A stretch of 64,000 bases of DNA from Octopus sinensis (lineage: Eukaryota): positions 111,166,001 to 111,230,000 of the forward strand of contig NC_043000.1 of the NCBI RefSeq assembly GCF_006345805.1. Reading direction: 5' to 3'. Every line of letters starts with the position of its first letter. The first letter of the stretch is position 1. The translations under genes and the position numbers were made by a program. Under the pieces are notes generated by a model that was not told the DNA's origin, ran no database searches, and was given only the letters and a program-made list of their open reading frames with translations. Below are positions 25,175 through 40,083 of this stretch, one piece after another.

Positions 25175-25185
25175 TGTGTGTGTGA
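23160..25185. repeat. Cluster of (TATG)n, (TG)n, (TA)n and (TAA)n microsatellites
   Basis: Directly visible, interspersed with unique sequence including the 23980-24073 exon. Confidence 0.9.
23980..24073 (-). CDS. Candidate internal coding exon: (G)IPDPSDILEYVKYRATNPPPALDQLLGVKY(S)
   Basis: CCAACAG|GG acceptor and CTC|GTATGG donor; 94 nt = 2+90+2; GC-rich island in AT-rich DNA; TC+G joins in frame to 19754. Confidence 0.6.
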
Positions 25186-25549
25186 CGCTAGTCATGTTTC
25201 CGTATAAATATCAACAACGTAAACAGAGAACCTGATATTATCTGTGGAGTGTCACGAATATACTTATTCAAGCTCAATGACTCCTACAGTTCTTAAGTTC
25301 TACTTTCTGCTTTTTTCGGTGAATTCTGAAAACCGGAAAGGAGAAACTACCGCAACTTTAGTTACAGTATTTTTTATTCGGCCACTGAATGTGTGTTATT
25401 ATGCTAGATGGGCCAAAAGTCACGCACAAAATAAAGTCACGACGCTCCGTAATTGTCAAAAACATGCTTTGATTTTTCTAAAATTGAATAAAATAGATAA
25501 AATAAGGATGAATACAACACGGACTTATACATAGCAACAAAATGGTTGT

Positions 25550-25815
25550 AGTCAAGGAAGAGAGTAGACGTGATACCAATAGTAATTGGTGCACTTGGAA
25601 GTATCAGCACTCAACAACCAATATGGCCAAAAAAGATTGGTGCTAGTATGAAGGTAGAAGACCTACAAAAATCAGCATTGCTTTGGAACTGCTAGAATTC
25701 TTTGCAGGGTTCTTGAAGCATGACCAGTAAATAAGTGTCACCTTAGTCTGCTGGTGTGGACAGCTGACACTTTCCAGCATACCCAGTAAAATAAGCTGAG
25801 GACTTTCATATAATA
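25550..25815 (+). mobile_element. R4/Dong-like RLE LINE 3' end
   Basis: RVDVIPIVIGALGS...VEDLQKSAL.GTARIL.RVLEA* (one frameshift), short 3' UTR, then (TGA)n. Confidence 0.75.
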
Positions 25816-25818
25816 AAA

Positions 25819-25862
<44 letters not shown>

Positions 25863-25863
25863 A

Positions 25864-26421
25864 GCCCTGATGCAGTACCAAGCAGTGGTTATCGTGGCTT
25901 CTGATCTTAACTGATTGGAAGTGTTATCATGTACATTGTTTTGTCTTGGTATAAAAGATGGGCTGCAGTAAATATTCTGCTCAATACCACAGATTTTCTT
26001 GTCACTTCTTTGACCTTAACCAGTTGAGCATGTCCCTTAGTGGCTGACGATATGTGCATCTCTGATCATGAGCAGAAGTAGTGGGAGAGCATCATAGCCA
26101 TGTATTGAGAACAATTCTTTGAGGTTTGAATAATTCACCTTTGGAAACATGAGTATTTCGTTCAACATCCTTAAACAAACCTTATTCAGGAAGCTTTTGA
26201 GCGGGATGGGCTACTCGACCAGAAGAAAATTCTAACTAGGCCCCACCTGCAAGGCCATGTGCTGTTTATCTTGATATGAGATCACCATGTTGCACACATA
26301 TGTTTGTGATGCATATGCCTGGTGTACCCTTATTAGACGGGTAGTCGTGATGGGTATATTGAACTTCGTATATTTTACCCCAGTGTCACTTTGATGGCAT
26401 GCACTGTTCACTCACTCACTC
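25864..26421. mobile_element. About 550-bp non-coding dispersed repeat, family E, embedded in trinucleotide arrays (second copy 61695-62225)
   Basis: Two colinear copies with the same ends GCCCTGATGCAGTACC...GCATGCACT.CTC, flanked by (TGA)n/(TAA)n. Confidence 0.85.
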
Positions 26422-26452
26422 AATAATAATAGTGATGATGATGATAATAATA

Positions 26453-26536
<84 letters not shown>

Positions 26537-26979
26537 TATAAATTTTTTTAAAAAAACATCAATATTTTAGTGCGTGATTTTTGGCCAACTCTGTATTTGG
26601 AATAGCTGTCTCACATGGAAATTTTTAATCAAGGAGATTTGCTCCACATTCTCAGCTATTCTGGAAACAACTGTAAGAGACTTTTCGCATTATTTCTTAA
26701 TCCTGTGCTTACTATAACCACTCTGCGATTATGTCCGTATTATAAATTGTATGCTCTAAAGTGATACCACGTGTTTTGTCTGTTCATTCTCTCTTCCTAA
26801 TGTAGATCAACACGCTCAATGATGAACCACTTATAGCCATCTTTCACAAGCAGCTACACGTCCTTTGTTTCAGATCCAGTTCAAGCCGGAGTTTTAGTGG
26901 TAAACTAATCCGTGCACTTACATACACACCTATTACATTAGGTCATTAGCCGAAATTTTTTATATGCACTCTACATATA

Positions 26980-27161
26980 GGCTCAGGAGTGGCTGTGTGG
27001 TAAGTAGCTTGCTTATCAAATACATGCTTCCGGGTTCAGTCCCACTGCGTTGCACCTTGGGCATGTGTCTTCTACTATAGCCACGGGCCGACCAAAGCCT
27101 TGTGAGTGGATTTGGTAGACGGAAACTGAAAGAAGCCCGTCGTATATATGTATATGTATAC

Positions 27162-27212
<51 letters not shown>

Positions 27213-27437
27213 TGTGTGTATATATATGTTTGTGTGTCTGTGTTTGTCCCCCCAACATCGCTTGACAACCGATGCTGGTGTGTTTACGTCCCCGTAACTT
27301 AGCGGTTCGGCAAAAGAGACCGATAGATTAAGTACTAGGCTAACAAAGAATAAGTCCTGGGGTCGATTTGCTCGACTAAAGGCGGTGCTCCAGCATGGCC
27401 GCAGTCAAATGACTGAAGCAAGTGAAAAAGTAAAGAG
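26980..27437 (+). mobile_element. SINE family B, full length with internal (TG)n
   Basis: GGAGTGGCTGTGTGGTAAG...GGGTTCAGTCCC head; tail ...GTAAAGAG. Confidence 0.9.
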
Positions 27438-27480
27438 TAATGTGTGTGTGTGTGTGTGTGCGTGTGTGTGGTGTGTGTGT

Positions 27481-27513
<33 letters not shown>

Positions 27514-27789
27514 TGTGTATGGTGTGTAGGTATGTGTGAAAGCATATATAATATCTGTGTCGTCAGTAGATCTCATATCCGGAAAGGCAGCACAATCTAA
27601 AGCATTAGAGCAGGAATAGGAAATTTTAGGAAGTTAAATCACGTGCGAAAACATCACCAGCAGCAGCAACGACATCAGACCCGGAGTTAAAGAAACAATC
27701 ATCGGTGGTGGTTGCGCGTCCAATTCGCAGACCACGAAAGTATAAAAACCGGTTCAACTACACCATGGTTTAAGCAACCTGTGACCTGA

Positions 27790-28319
27790 GTCAACGATTT
27801 AAAAAAAAAATTATCATCATTTTTTATTCCATTTTTAATGCATTTTTTTGCTATAACTCTCTAAAAATGCTTATATAGTTATTTCCCTTACAAACCCGAG
27901 CAACGCCGGGCAATACTGCTAGTATATATATAAAAGTGAGGTTGTGTGCTGTCTGTCTCCTACGATTTAGATTCCTAACTACTCCCACATTTTGCGGTGC
28001 AGTTTAACCAAAACCGGGTATCTTATAGTCGTGATTCATATCGAGCCCTTCTGGGTATTAGCGCGCGTCTACGATGAGTCTACGATTTTAAAAATAATTT
28101 ACCATCAATTTTTCCCGTTTTTAATGCATTTTTGGCATATATAAGGGAAGTAACTCTCTAAAAATTTATTATTAAATCTCAGAACGTAAAAAGCTACAGT
28201 AACACCCCGCCTTTGTGGTGGTTAGCCATATTGAGATGGCTATTATACTTTACATCTCTAAAAATGCTTATATAGTTATTTCCCTTACAAACCCGAGCAA
28301 CGCCGGGCGATACTGCTAG
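27790..28319 (+). mobile_element. Non-autonomous Helitron: partial copy ending 27922 plus full 397-bp copy 27923-28319
   Basis: Both end CCCGAGCAACGCCGGG (hairpin)...TGCTAG|T, the Helitron 3' signature. Confidence 0.75.
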
Positions 28320-28339
28320 TATATATATATATATATATA

Positions 28340-28510
28340 CTCTTTTACTTGTTTCAGTCATTTGACTGTGGCCATGCTGGAGCACCGCCTTTAGGCGAGC
28401 AAATCGACTCAAGGACTTATTCTATCGGTCTCTTTTGCCGAACCGCTAAGTTACGGGCACGTAAACACACCAGCATCGATTGTCAAGCGATGTTGGGGGG
28501 ACAAACAGAG
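28340..28510 (-). mobile_element. SINE family B, 3' half
   Basis: Reverse complement of the family B tail. Confidence 0.85.
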
Positions 28511-28739
28511 ACACACAAACACACACACACACACTCTCACACACACACACACATACATACATGCACATGCACACCAAAGTACTAAAGAGACATGCTTACA
28601 CAAAACGCAAGTGCAGCTGCATGCACTTATATATACGGCCACACACTAATTCAATCACATGTTTAAAAACACCAGAAACTATTCTAACTACAAAAAAGTC
28701 TTGTCACTTTTTTAGCGTTTGGATCGGTCATTATTCAGA

Positions 28740-29215
28740 AGAACTTAAAACTGTGAAACAAAGCATGCATACATGCATAGACACACACATAGGATATGTG
28801 TGTGCATGCATGTGTGTGTTTGTGCGTGCGTGCGTGTTTGTGTTTGTGTATCTGTGCGTGTGTGTGTGCATGCGTATCAGTATATGTGTGTGCGTGTGTA
28901 CATGTGTGTTTGTATTTGTTTGTATATGTGCGTGTGTGTGTGTGTGAGTACGTATGTGTCTGTGTGTGTGTTTATGTTTGTGTGTGTGCATGTATGCATG
29001 TGTGAGTGTGTATGTTTGTGTGTGTGTGTGTGCGTGTGTATTTGTGTGTGTGCATGCATGCGTGTGTGAGTAAGTGCGTGTGTGTATGTTTGTGTGCGTG
29101 CGTGTGCGTGTTTGTATGTGTGCATGCATGTATGAGTGTGTGTGTGTGTGTGTTTGTGTTTGTGTGTGTTTGTGCATGTGTTTGTGTGCGTGTATGTGTG
29201 TGTGTGTGTGAGTAT
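28740..29215. repeat. Degenerate (TG)n array
   Basis: Directly visible. Confidence 0.95.
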
Positions 29216-29544
29216 ATTCTGTTACTTGGAGTTGCACAAGCAGATGCCGATCATCAGAAAGGTGACTTATGACTTATGACTAATGATTGTCCGCTGAGTG
29301 AATTACTAAAGACAAATGCAAAACTTACCCACAACATTTTAGTTTCTCGGTTGTGCAGTTACAAGAAAGACAGTCTTGGGTTTTTAGTCGAGAACCGGAC
29401 AAAAGTTTGATTCCTCGAAAGCTGCAGAACTTAATGGCGCGTCCTAACCCTGAAGAAATAAAGAAGAAAGGGTCAAGTTATATTATTATTGTTGTTGCTG
29501 TTGTTGTTGTTTCTGTTGTTGTTGCTGTTGTTATTAAGGAGGTG

Positions 29545-29752
29545 AGCTGGCAGAATCGTTAGCAAGCCGGACAAAATGCTTAGTGGCATTTCATCCGTCT
29601 TTGTGCTCTGAGTTCAAATTCCGCCGAGGTCCACTTTGCACTCCATCCTTTCAGAGATGATAAAATGAGTACCAGTTGAGTGTTGGGGTCAATGTAATCG
29701 ACCTACACCCCGCCCCACCGAAACTGCTTGCCTTGTGCCAAAATTTGAAACC
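29545..29752 (+). mobile_element. SINE family A
   Basis: GGTGAGCTGGCAGAATCGTTAGC...GAGTTCAAATTCCGCCGAGG. Confidence 0.8.
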
Positions 29753-29779
29753 AATATATATATTATAATATTATATATA

Positions 29780-29826
<47 letters not shown>

Positions 29827-30110
29827 ATTCAGGAGCAGATAATTTTGTCGACAAAACAACTGAATCCTCGCCGTCAGACGACGGAGATCCATAACAACTG
29901 CTACCAGTCCAGAACAATATAAGAGACGCTGTTCCACTCAATACTAACTAATTGCTTTCACCAAAGGCCGCCATTATCAGCAGCTTTATTAAATCCGATT
30001 TCATCTTCGGTCCTTAACGAGTGAAATTGTTCGTAAAACTTCTCAAAGGCTTCGACATTCAGCAGATCGGGGCTCGAGCAGAAGGCACTTGCTCAAAGTG
30101 GCACGCTGCG

Positions 30111-30199
<89 letters not shown>

Positions 30200-30235
30200 A
30201 TGCGTGTGTATGTGTGTGTACATGTATACAGAATA

Positions 30236-30292
<57 letters not shown>

Positions 30293-30341
30293 GAGATAGA
30301 TAGATAGATAGATAGATAGATATAGATAGATAGATAGATAG

Positions 30342-30552
30342 ATCGTTAGCCACTACACACATTTTTTTCTCTCCTTGTTTCTTCATTGTTTTTATTTTTT
30401 TCTGTGTCCCTTTCTGTAGAAGAGCTAGGCTCGTAACGTAAAAGACGTTTTCTATTCCTGAGCGTTATACTAATACATCTTTTTTTTTTCTTTTGTACAC
30501 CACCTGTCTTCGCCTTTTGTTTTTTGGGGTTTTTTTTTCGTAAAAACTCCCC
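30342..30552 (+). mobile_element. Family H1 hammerhead-like repeat within (TAGA)n
   Basis: CTTTCTGTAGAAGAGCTAGGCTCGTAACGTAAAAG at 30410-30444. Confidence 0.75.
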
Positions 30553-30553
30553 C

Positions 30554-30629
<76 letters not shown>

Positions 30630-30630
30630 T

Positions 30631-31188
30631 GTTTCTTTATTAGCCACACAGGGCTGCACACAGATAGAACAAATTACAAGGTAGAGCTTTTCTTTTGAAG
30701 GTAAAAAAAAATAAAAATTAAAAATAAAAATAAAAAAAGGGGGGGTCGATCAAAAGGGATCGTAAAAGGAGAGAAGGAGGACAAAAAAGGGGGTGGTTAA
30801 AAAAAAAGGGGGAGAGGAAAAAAATTGATCAATAGGGATCGTTATCACAGAAATGTCAATATGAAGTGTAAAGGGGAGGACAGGTGAGGTTTACCCGTGG
30901 AAGGAAAAGCCTACGGAAAAGACCACGGTAACCTCGGTCAATGAAGTCACATGTTATATTTCTTTCTTTTATTTTTTTTTTTGCAAATAAGCAACTCTCT
31001 GTATTAATTTTTATGGTTCATAGAATCATAGTCAAGGTGGCTTCGTCATTCATACGTGCCATCCTTGCTACATTCACCCATCTTTTTTTAAAACATTCAC
31101 TAGACAAAACTTGCCTCTCTACTCTCACTTTCCTCTTCAAGTGATACTTGAAGAAGTTGATGAGAGATTGACCAGAGAGGAAAGTGTT
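30631..31188 (-). mobile_element. Tx1-clade LINE 3' end inserted in a (TAGA)n array
   Basis: Minus strand NTFLSGQSLINFFKYHLKRKVRVERQVLSSECFKKRWVNVARM* is homologous to the 47217-47402 peptide; AATAAA at the end; TAGA arrays on both sides. Confidence 0.8.
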
Positions 31189-31295
<107 letters not shown>

Positions 31296-31599
31296 ATAGA
31301 TAGATGGAGAGAGATATAGAATGATTAATAATGAGGTTGGCAACGAAGGGCTACTTCCGTCAGTTTCTAGGAAACATGAACTAAAGCAAGCTAATAGTGA
31401 ACCTTCACTACTTGAAAGAACATGTCTGACAATTGTGTTATAGATGTTGGCTTTCTATTGGTGAGCTGAGAAGACACAAATATAAACACGGTGACGGTGT
31501 CGTGGGTCAGCCATTGCATTAACTGTCATAGTTGTGGTAAAAGCTGCGAATCAGTAGTTGGGATAAAATGGAATATCTCATTGGCAGCAGTTCGCTACT

Positions 31600-32615
<1,016 letters not shown>

Positions 32616-32889
32616 TTTTACAAGAAGCAGCAATGATAGTGATCTCGAAATTTCTGCTTTCATGACATCATCAATCTGTGTTATAAGAAGAACCCAGATG
32701 TATCACAGTTCGACGGAGAGTAGTAGGCCAAAATTTCGAAGTCACTGTCACCCTTCCTCTCTCAAAACTACAATAGATATGCATCCTACATAAGGTATTG
32801 AGTAATACTGCAGTTTAAAGTTAAATTTCTTGTATTGTTACTCCAAATAAAAAAAAACCTTACATAAAAACAAATATATATATTCTCAG

Positions 32890-33270
32890 CCAGGAACAAA
32901 CAGTGTAGTTACGAAGCGCGCTTTGAAACCACATAGATTTGAGTTCATTCCCACTGCGTGGCACCTTCGGTGAATGTCTTCTTCTACAGTACTGGGCTAA
33001 CCAAAGCTTTCTGAATGAATTTGGTAGGCAAAAACTGCGTATGACTGTATGTATGTTTGTGTGTCGTTGTGTTTCTGTTTGTCACTTCACAACGCTTGTC
33101 AACCGGTGTTAGTGTAGTTACGTCACCTTAACTTAGTGGTTTCAGCAAAAGAGACCGAGAGGTAAGTACCAGACTTTAAAATAAGCACTGACGTCGCTGA
33201 TTTCTTTCGACTAAAACCTTTCAAGGCGGCATCACAGCATGGCTGCTGTCCAATGACTGAAACAAATAAA
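32890..33270 (+). mobile_element. SINE family B, degenerate
   Basis: CCCACTGCGTGGCACCTT...CAGCATGGCTGCTGTCCAATGACTGAAAC. Confidence 0.75.
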
Positions 33271-33899
33271 GGGTAAGAGCTTTCAAGACTTACTTGTGAA
33301 TTCCGTGTTGGCATTTTGTTCATAACAAAAGCTAGCCGTTGGTTTGAAGATGGAGCAGAAACTAACACAAAGCAATATCAGACCCAACTGATACATCTTT
33401 CGGATGAGGATAAATGATGAGGTCTCCTCCTGTAATTGATTTTCTTTGCTCTGCTTATCCTCTTTTTGTTGGTAATATAAAAATGATTGGACGCTGGGCC
33501 TATGTAGGAATTCAATATCTTATCGCCTCCGAAATTATCAATATTTGTTTTGTTCAGAAATCAATATTTATAATTCTCTTTGTTACTTGATAAAGTCTGA
33601 GATATATTCTGGAAGTTTATCGATGACTTCTTCTGCAGATGAAGATGGAATTGACTTGGTAGGTGTCTCAACTGATTGCAAGACAGACTAAAATCGTTCT
33701 TGTAGCGTTAGTAGGCGTTTGTAATTCTGAATAACAAAAGGAGTACAAATGGAGACTTTAAAATGAAGTCGAGTGTTAGGCACTCATGAAAGTGAATGTG
33801 CTTCAGATGGTTGGGTGAAATTAAAAGCCAGCCGTGCCAAGTATTGTGTGGTACCAGGCAGAACCTCCTCCACCTGATTTTAGATTCTTAGATTCAAGT

Positions 33900-34830
33900 G
33901 AAGAATGAATATTGGTGAAAGTGGCGGTGGATGTATTGAATGGTAAGGATATGGGGAGGGTGGATAATTTGAGAGGAAATAAAGTGAGGTAAAGGAAGGG
34001 AGTAAGCAAGAAAAAGAGAGAGAGAGAGAGAAAGAGAGAGAAATAGACGACTGAAGACAAATATTGAGACAAAAAATTATAGTAAAACTATGAGACGGAA
34101 GATGAGAGTGAGTTCGATAGATAGAGAGAGAGAGGAGAGGGAGGGAGTTATGGAAAGAAAGAGAGAAAGATAAAACAGAGAAATAGAAGGTGAGAGAATG
34201 CTATATATATTGGCGAAGAATTTGTGTTTATTTGGAGAGAAAGGTGAGAGAATGCTGGAATATGAATATTTTAGGAGAGAATGAAAGAGAGAGAGATGGG
34301 GAGAGAGAGAAAGAGAGGAAGACGTTGGAAGAGGAAGAAATATAGAAAGAGGGGCGAGAGAGTGTGAAAGTAAAGGTTGGAAGGGAGAGGATGAGAGAGA
34401 GACCACAGAGAGAGGCGGAGAGAGAGAGATAGAGTGAAAGAGGCGCAGAGAGAGAGAGGCACAGAGAGAAGCAAAGGGAGGGAGAGGCACAGAGAGAAGC
34501 AAAGGGAGGGAGAGGCACAGAGAGAGGCGGAGAGAGAGAGAGATAGAGTGAGAGAGGAGCAGAGAGAAACTAGAGTGCGAGAGAGAGACTGGAAGAAGAA
34601 GAAAGAGAGAAGTGAAAGAAAGAAAGAAAGAAAGAAAGAAAGAATGAGAATTTCAAGACTGAAAGAGCAAGGGAAAGAGAAAGAGAAATGAAGAGAGAGA
34701 GAGATAATGAAAGTAGAAGAGAGAATGAGAAATTAAAGAGAAGAAAACAGAAAGAGAGAAAAGTGCAGATGAAGAGAGAGAAAAAAGAAAGAGAAGAGAC
34801 AGAGAGAAGGAAAGAAAGAGATGTTTCTGT
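33900..34830. repeat. Purine-rich (GA/GAAA) low-complexity tract
   Basis: About 900 bp with nearly all purines on the + strand. Confidence 0.9.
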
Positions 34831-35237
34831 AAATAAAAAGTGGTGGCTTTCAGAAAATGAACTGAAATAAATTTTGAGAATTATTAATAAAATAGTGATT
34901 GCTGAGTAAGATATTGATTTAATAATAAGATAAGTCCTGATCAGAGACTGGCCTGAGTTCCAGGTCAACGTTAAGAGTCTGTATTACTTGGAGGTCAAAT
35001 TTTGGCTTTTGCTCTTCTGGAAATCCATAAAATAATGTACCAGTCATTTAATGGCGTCTGTTTAACTGAATACCCCTTCATGGCCCATCAACAAAATACA
35101 CCATAAACAAACATGTGAGCTCGTGTAGAACATTAGAAATATATATACATACATACATACATACATACATACATACATACATACATACATGCATGCATGC
35201 ATACATACATACATACATACATGCATGCATGTATACA

Positions 35238-35270
<33 letters not shown>

Positions 35271-35337
35271 GCATGCATGCAAGCATTATGCGTGTGTGTA
35301 TGTGCGTGCGTGTGTGTGTGGTGTGTGTGTGCGTGTG

Positions 35338-35378
<41 letters not shown>

Positions 35379-36074
35379 GTTGTAATAATGAAGCCAAATC
35401 AAATAGTGATGTTTTGACATCATTTAATACATACGTTTCAGGTTTTCGTAATATATAGTAGGAAAAGCATCCGTTACGTAATACCTTCCTCATTTCAATA
35501 TATAAATGAGTATATGCATGTATGTATGTATGTATGTATGTATGTATGTATGTATGTATGTATGTATGTATGTGTGTGTGTTTGTATGTATGTATGTATG
35601 TATGTATGTATGTATGTATGTATGTGTCCAATGCCATTTCCTACATATCAGGTTTTATAGCAGAGTGACATTCTCCTAGAGACATGGCTCAAGGAGAGAC
35701 ATGCCTCACCTCCGGTGGTCTTTCAGCATGCCGGACACCATCCTGGAATTGGACATTTGGGGGATCTTTGGTTTGTGCTAGAGATCATGACACTCCCATA
35801 TCCCTGAGCCAGCGACTCATATTGGCACCAGACATCTTGCTCCGGCTTGTCTCTGGATTATGTCAATAAAGTGGAGAGGGTCTATGAGGTGTTGTGCAAG
35901 CCTTATTGGACCTAAATCTCTGCACAGGCATTGCTGACCTCTGCTCAATACGTGCTGCTTCCACTCCCTATATATATATTTATTTTATTTTCAGTATATA
36001 TGTATCTTTATTTTTAGTATATATTTATATATATATATATTTTTTTATTTTTAGTATATATTTATTTTATATTC

Positions 36075-38330
36075 ATTCGGAAGTCCTGCGGCGATGGGAA
36101 GGTGGTGAAGCATGTAGACCTGACGTGTTGGAAGCATGTGGTCAGCGACCTGCACGTAGGCAGCCCATATTAGATATAAAGTCTTCTCCTTGTCGCCAGA
36201 TGCCGAGGAATGCCGACTGGCCCTCTTCTCTCTTTCACTCTAATCATCATCTGGAACTTTGCTCTTCCCATGCTGCAGTATTTTCAATGCTGGACAAGCG
36301 AGTTTGAAGTTCTTTCCTCAACACGGCATCATATATCTTGTGGGCACTCAGATGCTGAGGAATGCCGACTGGCCCTCTTCTCTCTTTCACTCTAATCATC
36401 ATCTTTCGTGACCAGGTTCTTCAATATGCTGCTAATACAGTGGGATATGCTACTATCAGACACAGAGACTGGTTTGATGAAAATGATGCTGAAGTTCAGC
36501 GATTATTAGCTGTAAAGCGCCATGCCCACAATGTATTGCTGCACAGAGGACTTTCAGCTGTGCAGCGAAATCTAGCACTTGCCAACTATAGCAGTGTAAA
36601 ATCACTACTGCAGCGATCTCTCAGGAAGATGCAGAACGCTTAGTGGGAAGATATTGCTCGTGATGTTCAGGATGCTGCTGATGCAAATGACAGCAAGAAG
36701 CTTTACCATCGTATGAAGCAAGTTTATGGGCCAAAGAGCTCTGCATCATCTCCTTTGCTTTTCAATGAGTCTTCTACTCCATTTACTAAATCAACAGAAA
36801 TCACAGATCGCTTGATTGAACACTCCTCTGAACTCCTAAAGCATGAGTAAGTTGTGGATGAAACAGTGATTGATACTAGGCAACAAAGAGCTATCATCGC
36901 CTCTTTAAATTCTACGCTTTTATTAGATGAGGTAATGACAGCAATAAGTAAACTGAATCTCGGTAGGGCACAAGGAAAGGATGGAATTTGTGCTGAGGTC
37001 TTGCGATTTGGTGGTGATTACATCATACAGTCTCTTCATGAACTTATTAGTGCAGTCTGGAGGGATGGTGCAATGCCTAAGCACTGGAAGGATGCAATTA
37101 TTCTTCCTCTCTATAAAGAAAAAGGAGCCAGAACAATGTGTGGTAACTACAGAGGTATTGCTCTACTATCAGCTGCTGGCAAAGTTCTGGCAAATATTCA
37201 TGTTACCCGCCTGAATGGGTGTTTCGTAAATGATGTCCTATCTGAATCTCAATATGGCTTCCGATCAAGTAGATGGACAATGGATATGTCAAGCAGGGTG
37301 ACATCCTTGCTCCAACTCTCTTTTCTTTATACTTTGCTGCTGCTTTTACTCATGCTTTTGCTAAGGTTAGCTCTCGGGAATATGTGTCAGGTATTGATCT
37401 TCTGGCCACGACTTTAATCTGCACCGATTTGCTGCCAATTCAAAAGTTTTCCAGTCTCTTATTCATGACCTCCTTTATGCAGATGACTGTGACTTAGTCA
37501 CTCATACAGTGGATGACATGCAAATACTTATGAATCGTATTTCTGCTTCTTGCAAGGCATTTGGATTCAGCATTAGCCTGCACAAGACTGTTGTAATGTT
37601 CCAGCCTGCACCAGGAAATCCATGTGTGGATCAGCTATCTTGGTTGAAGGAACAATACTGAAAATGGTAGACAAGTTAGTCTACCTGGGCAGCACACTCA
37701 GCCGTTCTTGCTCCCTGGATGAGGGAATATCTCTCAGGCTGCAGAGAGCAACTGATTCCTTCCGGTCTCTTCAGTCTCGTGTTTGGTCCCAGCATGGCAT
37801 CACAAGGCAAACAAAAATTGCTGTGTACCGTGCATGTATACTGACAACACTCCTTTACTCATGTAAAACATGGATCCTTTACAAACATCATGTAACATTC
37901 TGAATGTTGACTGGACCTTAAAAACTCCAGACACACAGGTCCTGAGGACAGCTGATATCTTGAGAGTATTGAGGCGATGGTGCACAAGCGCTAGTTAGTT
38001 ACATTGGACTGGACACCTTATTAAAATGAAGGATAGCAGGATCCTTAAGCAGATGCTGTATGGGGAACTTGTGAATGGAAAGAGACCCCAGCAGAAACCA
38101 AGGCTGCGATTTAAGGACTGTGTCAAGTCCTCATTAAAGGCCTTTGATATGCAGGAGACTGACTGGGAGAGTAATGCCTGTCATGGCCACAGATGGAGGG
38201 AGCAGGTTATGGGTACCTGTGGAGTACTCAGCTACTTTCACGCTAATTCCACGGGCAGGCGGTCCCGTTGGTCCGATCAACTGGAACCCTCTTCGTCGTA
38301 ACCGTCGGTGGGAGGACGGGGCAGTTAAGA
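36075..38330 (+). mobile_element. Decayed RTE (BovB-like) LINE
   Basis: RHRDWFDENDAE, GKDGICAEVL, NYRGIALLSAAGK, SQYGFR, VKQGDILAPTLF, LLYADD, YGELVNGKRP. Many stops, an internal deletion, and a 45-bp internal duplication (about 36205 and 36358). Confidence 0.9.
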
Positions 38331-38774
38331 ATACATTGCTTTTGGCGATGAAAATATAATCGCTCTATTATACAGAATTTGCCTTTTTTTTAAAGGATGA
38401 TAAAATATACGAATACATAAATAAATACATACACCTAGGGAGTTTTTCGATACAAAACGCAGTGAGTGGCTTGTTCCCCAGTTCGAACCTGCATCTACCA
38501 AATTCGACTGATAATAGCATTGCAATTTCACTTAGCACTTTTTAGTGCTCCCCGCTCAGTAAGACAGAAAAATAGTTTTACCCCATGTCTGTTTGTCAAC
38601 AGAAATCTCTTCCCGAGGGAACGTTCGGGCTGTAAAAGTGAGTGCTGCGTATATATGTTTATATATACACACACTTATACTATTTCATTAAAGTCGATTT
38701 TAATAGTGCTTTACTCTACTTTACGGATTCGAGTACTAATTTTTCCACCACATTTTACACCTATGTTTTTACTT

Positions 38775-39071
38775 GTGTGTGTATGTGTGTGTACATACAT
38801 ATACATACACGCACACACTCACATACATATATATACATACACACATACGCATATTTATGCATATGTATGTATATATATATATAATATAATATAAATATAT
38901 ATAGTTACATATATATATATATATATATAGATATATATATATATATATTATATACATATACATACATATATATATATATATTCATATAGCTATATACACA
39001 CATATGCATGTATGAATGTAAATATACATACATAAATATATATATAATATAATATAAATATATATAGTTAC

Positions 39072-39105
<34 letters not shown>

Positions 39106-39678
39106 ATGGACATACACCAGCACACATACACCTGCACACACACACACACAGAAACATACAAACAAACATATACAGAGGCACGTGTAGGGTGAATATAAAA
39201 TCACAATTTATAAATAGATGAAGTATATATTTAATAGATTGTACTTTCATTGTCTCAAATATTAACAATAGATTTCCCAACCAGCACTCCACCAACTCAC
39301 GTGTCGGCCTTCAATCGCCCTTAAGCCGGAACCCACCGCTCACTCGAGAAGCGGTGTACTATGTATGTGCCAGAGCATCTCCTCACAAGATGTCGCCACT
39401 TATCACAAACGTTTCCTGCCTGTCTCAAGATTAAACCTCGCCAGCCATTCAACTTTATTGTCGTACCGTTGTGGAGAACTAATGGCCGTTCGCTGGCTCA
39501 ACTTTCCACCAAGTTATTGTGAACGATATTTTTGGAGAATGGAAAAATGATAAAGCCCAGGAATACAATGTTAGAATACAATGGACACTTAGCGTTTGGC
39601 AGAACCACTTGATACATTTATATACACACTCACACAGATATATATATGTATACATATATATATGTATATATATATGTA

Positions 39679-39730
<52 letters not shown>

Positions 39731-39757
39731 TATATATATATATATTATATATATATG

Positions 39758-39790
<33 letters not shown>

Positions 39791-40034
39791 GTGTATATGC
39801 ATGTAAGTATGTATGTATATATGTGCGAGTGTATGTATATATATTATATATATATATATTATATATATGGGTGCAGGCATGGCTGTGTGGTAAAATGCTT
39901 GCTTCCCAACAACATGGCTCCGCGTTCAGTCCCACTGCGTGGCACCTTGGGCAAGTGTATTCTACTACAGTCTCGGGCCAACCAAGACCTTGTGAGTGGA
40001 TTTGGTAAATGGAAACTGAAAGAATCTTGTCGTG

Positions 40035-40083
<49 letters not shown>

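Noticed and set aside
29830-30100. Coding-looking minus-strand island (DLLNVEAFEKFYEQFHSL...; MAAFGESN*LVLSG...)
   Set aside because: No good acceptor, the donor phase does not match the 24073 exon, and there is an in-frame stop; kept only as a weak candidate.
34434-34870. Lys/Arg/Glu-rich ORFs as coiled-coil protein exons
   Set aside because: They are the translation of a GA-rich low-complexity tract; no splice evidence.
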